Shown here piece by piece: positions 40,457 to 47,570 of a DNA stretch of 47,570 bases. Position numbers and translations under genes: made by a program. Numbering within the stretch: position 1 is the first letter of the stretch; every line of letters begins with the position of its first letter. The DNA is taken from assembly GCA_964442035.1 (NCBI GenBank), contig CAYTWZ010000003.1, forward strand, positions 1-47,570, written 5' to 3'. The notes beneath the pieces were generated by a model. It worked only from the letters and a program-made list of their open reading frames with translations, did no database searches and was not told the DNA's origin. This stretch comes from an uncultured Oscillospiraceae bacterium. GTDB taxonomy: Bacteria; Bacillota; Clostridia; UMGS1883.

Positions 40457-40485
40457 ATTTTACACCCTTTTTATAAAAAATGCAA
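40457..40485 (-). promoter_or_regulatory. dcw (mraZ) promoter
   Basis: The minus strand reads TTGCAT, a 17-nt spacer, then TAAAAT. Confidence 0.5.
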
Positions 40486-40588
40486 CCCCTTTTTTTATTT
40501 TTTCTTAATAAATTTTTTAAAAGATCACGCGCTCAGATCCGGTAAACCTGTTTAATTGGGCTTTGACTGCTTAAAACAGATTTAACCC

Positions 40589-40617
40589 TTGACCTTTTTA
40601 ACTTTATGGTGTATAAT
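40589..40617 (+). promoter_or_regulatory. Promoter of the nadK-argR-recN unit
   Basis: TTGACC, a 17-nt spacer, then TATAAT, about 35 nt upstream of the nadK start. Confidence 0.55.
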
Positions 40618-40655
40618 AAATTGTATAGTTATACAGCACGAAAGGTGTGTTCGCC

Positions 40656-41489
40656 GTGAAAAACATCGCGCTGATCGTAAATTTTGAAAAAGAACGCGGA
40701 CGGGAGACCGCCCTTAGGCTTATCGCGGCGCTGCGCGGAAGAGCCAATGTATACTGCCCCTATGAGGACAGGGACCGGCTGCCCGTTCCGGCGCTGAAAG
40801 ACCGGGAACTGTTCTCCCTGTGCCCAATGGTGGTCACATTGGGCGGCGACGGCACCATTATTGCCGCTGCCGGGCGCTGCGCCCCCTACGGCAACATTCT
40901 TTTGGGAATAAATTTAGGACGGCTGGGCTTTTTGGCAACGGTGGAATCCGGCAATATCAATGCCGCGGCCGAATTCATACTTTCCAATGTTCGGTATCAG
41001 GAGCGTACAATGCTGCAGTGCCGCGTCATCGACAAAGACGGAGCTGCCGGACAATACGCCCATGCACTCAATGATGTGGTGATCCTCAGGGGCGCGGGAA
41101 GGCTGCAGCTGGTCAAGGCCTCGCTGGACGGCAAACTTGTCACGGAGGTACGCGCCGACGGCCTTGTGCTCGCTACGCCCACAGGCTCTACAGCCTACTC
41201 CCTTTCGGCCGGCGGGCCCATAGCGTCCCCGGACATGGATCTGTTTGTCCTGTCCCCTGTCTGTCCCCACAATCTGTCCGCAAGGACAATTGTCCTGCCC
41301 ACCAATAAGACCGTCACACTTGAGTCTCAAAGCGAAGCCATTGTCACGGTTGACGGCCGGGTCGTTGGCGTCCTTGGGGAAGGGGGCCATGTGGAGATAA
41401 ACAAAAGTCCGTATATAACTAGGCTGGCAACGAATCCGGATCCGGACTTTTATGAGCTTGTACGCATAAAGCTGACCGGAAACGTATAG
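40656..41489 (+). CDS. nadK: NAD(+) kinase
   Basis: Contains TLGGDGTIIAA (GGDGT motif) and ATPTGSTAYSLSAGGPI. GTG start at 40656 (AAAGG 10 nt upstream), or alternatively GTG at 40647. Confidence 0.9.
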   Translation: MKNIALIVNFEKERGRETALRLIAALRGRANVYCPYEDRDRLPVPALKDRELFSLCPMVVTLGGDGTIIAAAGRCAPYGNILLGINLGRLGFLATVESGNINAAAEFILSNVRYQERTMLQCRVIDKDGAAGQYAHALNDVVILRGAGRLQLVKASLDGKLVTEVRADGLVLATPTGSTAYSLSAGGPIASPDMDLFVLSPVCPHNLSARTIVLPTNKTVTLESQSEAIVTVDGRVVGVLGEGGHVEINKSPYITRLATNPDPDFYELVRIKLTGNV

Positions 41490-41498
41490 GAGGTTAAC

Positions 41499-41951
41499 AT
41501 GAGAATCAAACGTCAGAACGCAATACTTAAGCTTATCAGCGAAAACAGTATTGAAACACAGCAGGAGCTTACCGACGCTCTGCGGGAAATGGGCTATGAT
41601 GTTACTCAGGCAACGGTTTCCCGGGATATAAAGGAACTGAGGATACTAAAGCGGCTGAACGATTCGGGTCGCTATGTGTATGCCCAAAGCGGTATCAACA
41701 GCGATGCCGACATGAACGAGCGTTTTAACATAATTTTTGAAAAAAGCGTAGTCTCTGTTGATTACGCGGTCAATAACATAGTTGTCAAGACCCTCAGCGG
41801 TATGGCTCAGGCCGCGGCGGCGGCTCTGGACGCCATGGATCTCCCGGAGATAGTGGGTACCATTGCCGGAGACGACACGATTTTTATGGTGGTACGTAGT
41901 GAGGAAAGCGCCCGGCGGCTGGTATACAAGCTTCGCAGTATGGCGGAATAG
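41499..41951 (+). CDS. argR: Arginine repressor ArgR/AhrC
   Basis: 150 aa with a winged HTH (ETQQELTDALREMGYDVTQATVSRDIKEL) and the C-terminal oligomerisation and arginine-binding motif GTIAGDDTIF. Confidence 0.93.
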   Translation: MRIKRQNAILKLISENSIETQQELTDALREMGYDVTQATVSRDIKELRILKRLNDSGRYVYAQSGINSDADMNERFNIIFEKSVVSVDYAVNNIVVKTLSGMAQAAAAALDAMDLPEIVGTIAGDDTIFMVVRSEESARRLVYKLRSMAE

Positions 41952-41962
41952 GGGTTTTTAAG

Positions 41963-43639
41963 ATGCTGACTCTTCTTGAAATCGAAAACATAGCCGTGAT
42001 CCGAAAGGCTGAAGCGGAGCTCGGCCCCGGCTTTAATGTGCTGACCGGCGAGACCGGCGCCGGAAAGTCGCTGCTTATAGATTCTATCAGCCTTGTCCTT
42101 GGGGGCAGGGGTCAGCGGGATCTTATACGGGCCGGAGCCGACTATGCCCTTGTGAGGGCGGTGTTCCTTTGCCCCGATATAGGGCCGTTTTTGGAGGAGC
42201 TGGGCTTTGCCCCGGAGGAGGACGGTACGGTTATCCTGCAGCGCAGGCTGTATAGGGACGGGCGCAATGTCTGCCGTCTTGGGACGGCGGCGATCACACT
42301 CAGCACGCTTAAGGCGATAGGCAGCCGCCTTGTAGCCATACACGGTCAGCACGACGGGACAGCGCTGCTCGATTCGGCCACTCATGTGGATTATATTGAC
42401 AGCTACGGCCGCTGCGGCAAGGCTCTTTTGGACTACAGGGAAAAATTCCACGCTTGGAAGTCGGCGGAAAAAGCCCTCGTTGAGGCGCGTTCCTCCGCTG
42501 CCGAAAGGGAAAAACGGATCGATTTTTTGTCCTTTCAGGTGAAGGAGATAGAGGACGCCCGGCTTAAGGAGGGGGAGGAAGAGGAGCTTACCGCCCGTCA
42601 AAGGCTGTTAAGCAACGCGGAGGAGCTGACGGAAAACGCCGATCTCGCGCATCAGAGCATTTCGGCCGGATATGACGCTGTAAGCGACGCCCTTTCCGCA
42701 ATGGAAACCGTCAGCGGATTTGACCCGTCCATGGAGGACACAGCCGAGCAGCTGAGAAACATTTACTATGAGCTTGAGGAGCTGAGAAGGGATATCTCCT
42801 CCTATGCATCGGGTCTGGAATTCGATCCGGGCGAGCTTTCGGCTGTGGATGACCGTATCGGGGTGATATTTAAGCTTGAGCGCAAGTACGGCGCTACAGA
42901 AGCGGATGTTCTCGCCTACCTTAACAAGGCGAAAGCAGAACTGGACGGGCTTGTATATGCCGATGAGCACGGCGCGGAAATGGAAGCAAACGTAAACGAG
43001 CTTAAGTCCGAAGCCGAAAAAGCCGCAAAGCGCCTTACCGACCTGAGAAAAAAGGCCGCGGACGAGCTTTGTCGGAAAATATGCGCGGAGCTGGCCTTCC
43101 TTGATATGCCGGGCACAAAGGTGACCGCCTCCCTCACTCCCTGCCCCCTTTGGGAAAAGGGCGGCGAAAAGGCGGAGCTGCTTATCTCCGCCAATCCATC
43201 CGAGGAGCCTAAGCCCCTTGGCAGAATTGCCAGCGGCGGCGAGCTGAGCCGGATCATGCTGGCTATCAAAACCGTATTTTCTCAGGTGGATGATCTGCCT
43301 GTGATGATATTTGACGAGATCGACGCCGGTGTAAGCGGACGGGCGGCGGCCAAGATCGGAAAAAAGCTGAACGAACTGGCCCAAAATCATCAGGTCATTT
43401 GTATAACGCACCTCCCCATGATAGCGGCGGCGGCAAGCCGGCATCTTTTAATTGAAAAAAACAGTTCCGGCGGAGCCTTAACCACAACTGTCCGTCCTAT
43501 TGAAGGGGAAGAACGGGTAAACGAGATCGCCCGGATAATGTGCGGCGACAGCATAACCCCCGCCGCGCTGGAAAACGCCCGGGAGCTTTTAGGCTACAGC
43601 AAGGAGGAAAACCATGGATCAGATAGGACAAGTAGTTGA
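41963..43639 (+). CDS. recN: DNA repair protein RecN
   Basis: 558 aa with Walker A GETGAGKS, a long coiled-coil middle region, and the C-terminal signature SGGELSRIMLAIK plus Walker B MIFDEIDAG. Confidence 0.93.
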   Translation: MLTLLEIENIAVIRKAEAELGPGFNVLTGETGAGKSLLIDSISLVLGGRGQRDLIRAGADYALVRAVFLCPDIGPFLEELGFAPEEDGTVILQRRLYRDGRNVCRLGTAAITLSTLKAIGSRLVAIHGQHDGTALLDSATHVDYIDSYGRCGKALLDYREKFHAWKSAEKALVEARSSAAEREKRIDFLSFQVKEIEDARLKEGEEEELTARQRLLSNAEELTENADLAHQSISAGYDAVSDALSAMETVSGFDPSMEDTAEQLRNIYYELEELRRDISSYASGLEFDPGELSAVDDRIGVIFKLERKYGATEADVLAYLNKAKAELDGLVYADEHGAEMEANVNELKSEAEKAAKRLTDLRKKAADELCRKICAELAFLDMPGTKVTASLTPCPLWEKGGEKAELLISANPSEEPKPLGRIASGGELSRIMLAIKTVFSQVDDLPVMIFDEIDAGVSGRAAAKIGKKLNELAQNHQVICITHLPMIAAAASRHLLIEKNSSGGALTTTVRPIEGEERVNEIARIMCGDSITPAALENARELLGYSKEENHGSDRTSS

Positions 43640-44021
43640 AATACAGGGCAAAACCGCGATCGTCCGGGTGCGCCGAAGCTCCGGCTGCGGCGAAAACTGC
43701 AGCTCATGCAGCTCCGAGTGTAAGCCCACCTCATCCACCCTTAAGGCCGTCAACGGGCTTAACGCCAAGGTCGGCGATATGGTCAAGGTGGAAATGAGCT
43801 CCGGAGCATTTGTTTTTCTGGCGTTTATAGGCTACATACTGCCGATAATCATTACTTTGGCGGCATATCTTATTGTGGATCATTTTACATCGGACTCCAC
43901 CGTTGCGGATATATCCGCCCTCGCCGCGCTCATACTGACGCTGGCGGTGTTCTTTGCGGTGGACAAAATACCCAAAAAGTCTACACGCTTCAGCAGCCGT
44001 ATTATACGTATACTCCGCTGA
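43614..44021 (+). CDS. RseC/MucC-family (SoxR-reducing-system-like) small membrane protein
   Basis: 135 aa with an N-terminal Cys-rich segment (SSGCGENCSSCSSEC) followed by two transmembrane helices. RBS is AAGGAGG. The start overlaps the recN 3' end by 26 nt. Confidence 0.7.
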   Translation: MDQIGQVVEIQGKTAIVRVRRSSGCGENCSSCSSECKPTSSTLKAVNGLNAKVGDMVKVEMSSGAFVFLAFIGYILPIIITLAAYLIVDHFTSDSTVADISALAALILTLAVFFAVDKIPKKSTRFSSRIIRILR

Positions 44022-44051
44022 AGCTTTACAAATAAGAAAGGATGATCTTTA

Positions 44052-44423
44052 ATGGAAAGAATTTCTACCACAAACGCTCCCGGCGCTATCGGGCCTTATT
44101 CTCAGGCCATCAAGGCCGGAGGGTTCCTGTTTACCAGCGGCCAGATACCCATTGACCCCGCCACAGGCCAAATTCCCGACGGTCCCGAGGCACAGGCGCG
44201 TCAGGCCCTTACCAATGTGACAAGCCTGATTAAGGCGGCGGGCTGTGACGTTAGCAAAACCGTCAAAACCGTTGTATTCATCAAAAATATGGACGATTTT
44301 GCCGCGATCAATCAGGTATATGCCGAGTTCTTCACCGAGCCTTACCCCGCCCGCTCCTGCGTAGAGGTTGCCAAGCTTCCCAAGGGAGCGCTCATTGAGA
44401 TTGAGGCAATAGTTGAAATTTGA
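44052..44423 (+). CDS. ridA: RidA family (YjgF/L-PSP) reactive-intermediate deaminase
   Basis: 123 aa, contains APGAIGPYSQAIKAGGFLFTSGQIP and ARSCVEVAKLPKGALIEIEAI. Confidence 0.9.
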   Translation: MERISTTNAPGAIGPYSQAIKAGGFLFTSGQIPIDPATGQIPDGPEAQARQALTNVTSLIKAAGCDVSKTVKTVVFIKNMDDFAAINQVYAEFFTEPYPARSCVEVAKLPKGALIEIEAIVEI

Positions 44424-44454
44424 CCGAGCGGATCGACTGTTTAAAGCTTAACCA

Positions 44455-44497
44455 ATAAAAAAAGAAATGGTCTCAAGCAGGCCATTTCTTTTTTTAA
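44455..44497. terminator. Bidirectional intrinsic terminator between the convergent ridA and glgP genes
   Basis: 10-bp stem AAAGAAATGG/CCATTTCTTT, flanked by an A-run on the left and a T-run on the right. Confidence 0.75.
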
Positions 44498-44516
44498 TAA
44501 TTTTACTTTAATTTTA

Positions 44517-46970
44517 CTATTCAACCACGGGAAGGTGCCAGATCTTATCGTTATATTCTTTGATAGTTCTGTCACTGGAGAAGAAGCCGCTGTAAGCAAC
44601 GTTAAGAATAGCCTTCTTGGTCCAAAGCTTCCGGTCACGGTACTGACGGTCAGCTTTGACGTGAATGTCACAGTAAGCCCGGAAGTCACGCACTACCATA
44701 AACTTGTCGGCATTTCCGTGGTCGCCGAACACCAGCGACTGGTACAGATCGTAATAAAGGTGATGATCGGAGGAATTGATCGTACCGTCAATAAGCATGT
44801 CAAGGATACGGCGGATGTCTGCCTGAGAAGCGTAAATATCCTGACTGGTCTCGCTTTCAAAGCGAAGGGCGCGGTTGACCTCGGGAGTGGTCATGCCGAA
44901 GATAAATATGTTGTCATCCCCTACGCACCGAAGCATCTCAACATTGGCTCCGTCAAGGGTACCGATAGTAAGCGCGCCGTTGGCCATAAACTTCATGTTG
45001 CCGGTACCGCTGGCCTCAAGCCCCGCTGTGGAAATCTGCTCGGAAATATCTGCCGCGGGGATGATCTTCTGGGCAAGGGATACGCCGTAGTTTTCGATAA
45101 ATACGACCTTGATCTTGTTGTCAATGTCGGGATCATTGTTGATAAGCTTTGCCACATCGTTGATCAGGCGGATAATGAGCTTTGCCCTCTTGTATCCGGG
45201 AGAAGCCTTAGCCCCAAAGATAAAGGTGTGAGGAAGCATGTCGTAGTTTTTGTCATGCTTAAGCTTGTCGTAGAGGTAGAGTATGTGCAGCACGTTAAGC
45301 AGCTGACGCTTATACTCGTGAAGACGCTTTACCTGTACGTCAAAGATCGAGTCGGGGTCAACGTCAATACCGTTGTGCTCCTTGATATATTCGGCAAGCT
45401 CTGTCTTCTTCTGAAGCTTTACCTTGCGGAATGCCTCCTGGAAGTCATCATCCTCGGCATACTGCGCGAGCTTCTCAAGCTGTTCGGCGTGAACGATCCA
45501 GTCCGATCCGATCCTGCCGGTTATAAGCTCGCTCAGCTCGGGGTTGGCAAGACGCAGCCAGCGGCGGTAGGTAATACCGTTTGTGATAGGTACAAACTTT
45601 TCGGGATAGAGGTTGTAATAGTCCTTGAAAACGTCGTTTTTAAGAATATCCGTGTGAAGCTCGCTTACGCCGTTTACCTTGTAGCAGGAAGCAAGGCACA
45701 TATTGGCCATGGAAATATATCCGTTGGAAACGATCGCCATATAGTTGATCTTGCCCCAATCCTGACCGTAAACCTTGATCAGCTGGTTCTGAAGACGGCG
45801 GTTCATTTCCTCCACGATCATCCATATTCTGGGAAGGAGACGGCGGAACATGTCAACAGGCCACTTTTCCAGCGCCTCGGCCATAACCGTATGATTGGTA
45901 TACGCAAAGACCTTTGTGGTGATATTCCAAGCCTCGTCCCAGCCCATGCCTTCCTCGTCCATAAGTATACGCATAAGCTCGGGAATTGCGATAGCGGGAT
46001 GGGTGTCATTGATATGAATAGTGATATAATCCGCCAGCTTGTCAAGTCCTTCACCGGCATGGTGGCGCTTAAAGCGGGATATTATCCACTGTATAGTACA
46101 TGATACAAAGAAATACTGCTGACGCAGACGAAGCTGCTTGCCCTCCTGATGATTGTCCTCAGGGTAAAGCACCTTTGAGATCGCCTCAGCGAGAGCCTTT
46201 TCCTCAACAGCCTTTACATAGTCGCCGCCGCTGAAATATGCCATGTTAAGGTCGTTCTTGGCACGGGAGGACCACAGGCGGAGAGTATTTACCAGCTTAG
46301 CGTTATACCCCGCGACCGGAACATCATATGGAATACCCAAAACATCGGTAGTATTCTCGTAGCTGATCTTCATTCTGCCGTCAACATATTCGGTCTTAAC
46401 TTCGCCGCCAAAGCGAACGAGCTGTCTTTCCTCGGGACGGGGGATCTCCCATACAGTACCGTCGCTGAGCCAGTCGTCGGGCGTTTCGATCTGCTGTCCG
46501 TCAATTATCTTCTGCTTAAACAGTCCGTACTCGTAGCGGATGGAGCAGCCGAAGGACGGCATGTTAAGTGTCGCGAGAGAATCAAGGAAGCAGGCCGCGA
46601 GACGTCCGAGTCCGCCGTTTCCGAGGCCGGCGTCGTTTTCCTGAGCGGATATCTCGGCGAGGGAGCAGCCCATGCTTTCGAGAACAGCCTCATAATCATC
46701 GGTAAGTCCTGTGTTCAAAAGGTTATTTCCGAGGGAACGTCCCATAAGAAATTCAAACGAAAGATAAAACAGCTCCTTATTGTGAGCGGTCCTCTGGCTG
46801 CGGCGGTAATCCACCCACCGTTTCATAATAGAGTCCTTTACCGTAAATGCCGTAGCCTTATAGATCTGATTTTTTGTAGCGTCCTCAAGAGTACGGCCGT
46901 AATGGCGGCTAAGCTTGCCGATTATTTCCTCTTTTATTTCCTGCTGCGCAGGCGTAAGAGCATTTGCCAT
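44517..46970 (-). CDS. glgP: Glycogen/starch/alpha-glucan phosphorylase
   Basis: About 817 aa with the PLP-lysine motif EASGTGNMKFMANGA and GNGGLGRLAACFLDS. The ATG at 46970 has better RBS spacing than the one at 46979. Confidence 0.93.
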   Translation of the reverse strand: MANALTPAQQEIKEEIIGKLSRHYGRTLEDATKNQIYKATAFTVKDSIMKRWVDYRRSQRTAHNKELFYLSFEFLMGRSLGNNLLNTGLTDDYEAVLESMGCSLAEISAQENDAGLGNGGLGRLAACFLDSLATLNMPSFGCSIRYEYGLFKQKIIDGQQIETPDDWLSDGTVWEIPRPEERQLVRFGGEVKTEYVDGRMKISYENTTDVLGIPYDVPVAGYNAKLVNTLRLWSSRAKNDLNMAYFSGGDYVKAVEEKALAEAISKVLYPEDNHQEGKQLRLRQQYFFVSCTIQWIISRFKRHHAGEGLDKLADYITIHINDTHPAIAIPELMRILMDEEGMGWDEAWNITTKVFAYTNHTVMAEALEKWPVDMFRRLLPRIWMIVEEMNRRLQNQLIKVYGQDWGKINYMAIVSNGYISMANMCLASCYKVNGVSELHTDILKNDVFKDYYNLYPEKFVPITNGITYRRWLRLANPELSELITGRIGSDWIVHAEQLEKLAQYAEDDDFQEAFRKVKLQKKTELAEYIKEHNGIDVDPDSIFDVQVKRLHEYKRQLLNVLHILYLYDKLKHDKNYDMLPHTFIFGAKASPGYKRAKLIIRLINDVAKLINNDPDIDNKIKVVFIENYGVSLAQKIIPAADISEQISTAGLEASGTGNMKFMANGALTIGTLDGANVEMLRCVGDDNIFIFGMTTPEVNRALRFESETSQDIYASQADIRRILDMLIDGTINSSDHHLYYDLYQSLVFGDHGNADKFMVVRDFRAYCDIHVKADRQYRDRKLWTKKAILNVAYSGFFSSDRTIKEYNDKIWHLPVVE

Positions 46971-47028
46971 ATTTTTCATCCTTTCCTATTTCATCTATAT
47001 AAACAGTCCCGACGGAACCGACTAAAGT

Positions 47029-47057
47029 ATTATACTATAAAATTATTTGTTAGTCAA
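47029..47057 (-). promoter_or_regulatory. glgP promoter
   Basis: The minus strand reads TTGACT, a 17-nt spacer, then TATAAT. Confidence 0.55.
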
Positions 47058-47196
47058 GACATTTTATGCCTAATTTACCAAAAAATAAAGGGGATCGTTT
47101 AGTCGTTTTTGATTCCGGTCCTGTCTCCGCCCGCACTCTGCTCTCCGTTTTTTGCTGTACCGTTTACGCGCAGACATAATCATCAAAATATACTTG

Positions 47197-47225
47197 TTGA
47201 CATTTTTTCCGTTATGTGATATACT
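47197..47225 (+). promoter_or_regulatory. Strong consensus-like promoter driving the small ORF/pseudogene at 47249
   Basis: TTGACA, a 17-nt spacer, then TATACT with a TGa extended -10. RBS GGGGGAG lies 8 nt before the ATG. Confidence 0.5.
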
Positions 47226-47248
47226 GAAATCAGAGGGGGAGTGATACA

Positions 47249-47495
47249 ATGGACGAGGATAAGACTGTTAAGCGCAACGTAAAGGACAGCGTATTTACCA
47301 ATCTGTTTAAGTATCCCAAGTATGTTGCCTTTACAAAGGTTTTAAGCGGGCAATAAAGCTCTATGGCCGCACACACAAAAGGCCATAGAAGAAACAATAC
47401 GGATATGCAAAGACAGGAATATTTTAAAAGAGTATTTATCAGGGCATAAATATGCGGCCGTAGGGGCGGATTCATATGTGTCTGTAAAAGAATAA
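47249..47495 (+). pseudogene. Decayed remnant of an Rpn-family (PD-(D/E)XK) recombination-promoting nuclease / putative transposase-like gene
   Basis: The 35-aa ORF MDEDKTVKRNVKDSVFTNLFKYPKYVAFTKVLSGQ* resembles, from memory, the N-terminus of this family. A second fragment in another frame (47382-47495, AIEETIRICKDRNILKEYL...) resembles the family's C-terminal tail. The catalytic middle part is missing. Confidence 0.35.
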
Positions 47496-47570
47496 AAGAC
47501 TTCCATTTAAGCTTATCGTCATTTGACCATGGCCTGATCGGAAGTCTTCTTTTGCGGATATTTGGCATCG

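Noticed and set aside
41807-43444. Two long minus-strand ORFs (264 and 278 aa) antisense to argR and recN
   Set aside because: recN on the plus strand has Walker A/B and signature motifs. The antisense ORFs have no RBS and a biased composition.
44535-46103. 522-aa plus-strand ORF antisense to glgP
   Set aside because: The minus-strand product carries unmistakable phosphorylase motifs. The antisense frame is merely stop-free and has no signals.
47230-47568. 112-aa minus-strand ORF at the right edge
   Set aside because: It has no RBS and an odd, low-complexity, hydrophobic composition. It is antisense to a plus-strand unit that has a strong promoter and RBS, and it runs off the window.

Overview
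This window is a core chromosomal segment from a Firmicutes (Clostridia-like) genome, transcribed almost entirely on the minus strand. I saw no transposase, integrase, CRISPR array, toxin-antitoxin pair or recognisable defence system.

Gene content from left to right:
- A truncated tRNA-Asn with its own promoter.
- An ACT-domain (UPF0237) plus UPF0210/PFL-family gene pair.
- An asnS / TPR membrane protein / DUF218 (YdcF) trio.
- A divergent small membrane protein.
- A complete, uninterrupted S10-spc-alpha ribosomal protein super-operon (rpsJ to rplQ). It includes secY, adk, map, a KOW-domain gene, infA, rpmJ and rpoA.
- A solitary thiC gene under a TPP riboswitch.
- A cluster of argD, argF, a GNAT gene, a lipoprotein gene and pyrE.
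- A compact division/cell-wall (dcw) cluster: mraZ, rsmH, ftsL-like, a class B PBP, murE, mraY, ftsW, murG, murA, ftsQ and ftsZ.
- On the plus strand, nadK, argR, recN, an rseC-like gene and ridA.
- A convergent glgP gene and a decayed Rpn-type nuclease remnant at the right edge.

The most unusual signal is a structured repeat of about 73 nt, in inverted orientation, that brackets the whole UPF0210 gene. It is embedded in a 167-nt highly structured spacer inside the ACT-UPF0210 operon. A short AAACGAAAG-CCGG module recurs three times on the transcribed strand.

Secondary observations:
- A structured 5' leader of about 290 nt upstream of rpsJ.
- A 10-bp-phased triple direct repeat in the mraZ leader, a likely MraZ operator.
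- ARG-box-like palindromes upstream of argD.
- A small GNAT gene inside the arginine operon.
- A trimmed dcw cluster that has no murF, murD or ftsA here.

Everything was read by eye from the sequence and the ORF track. No database search was possible.
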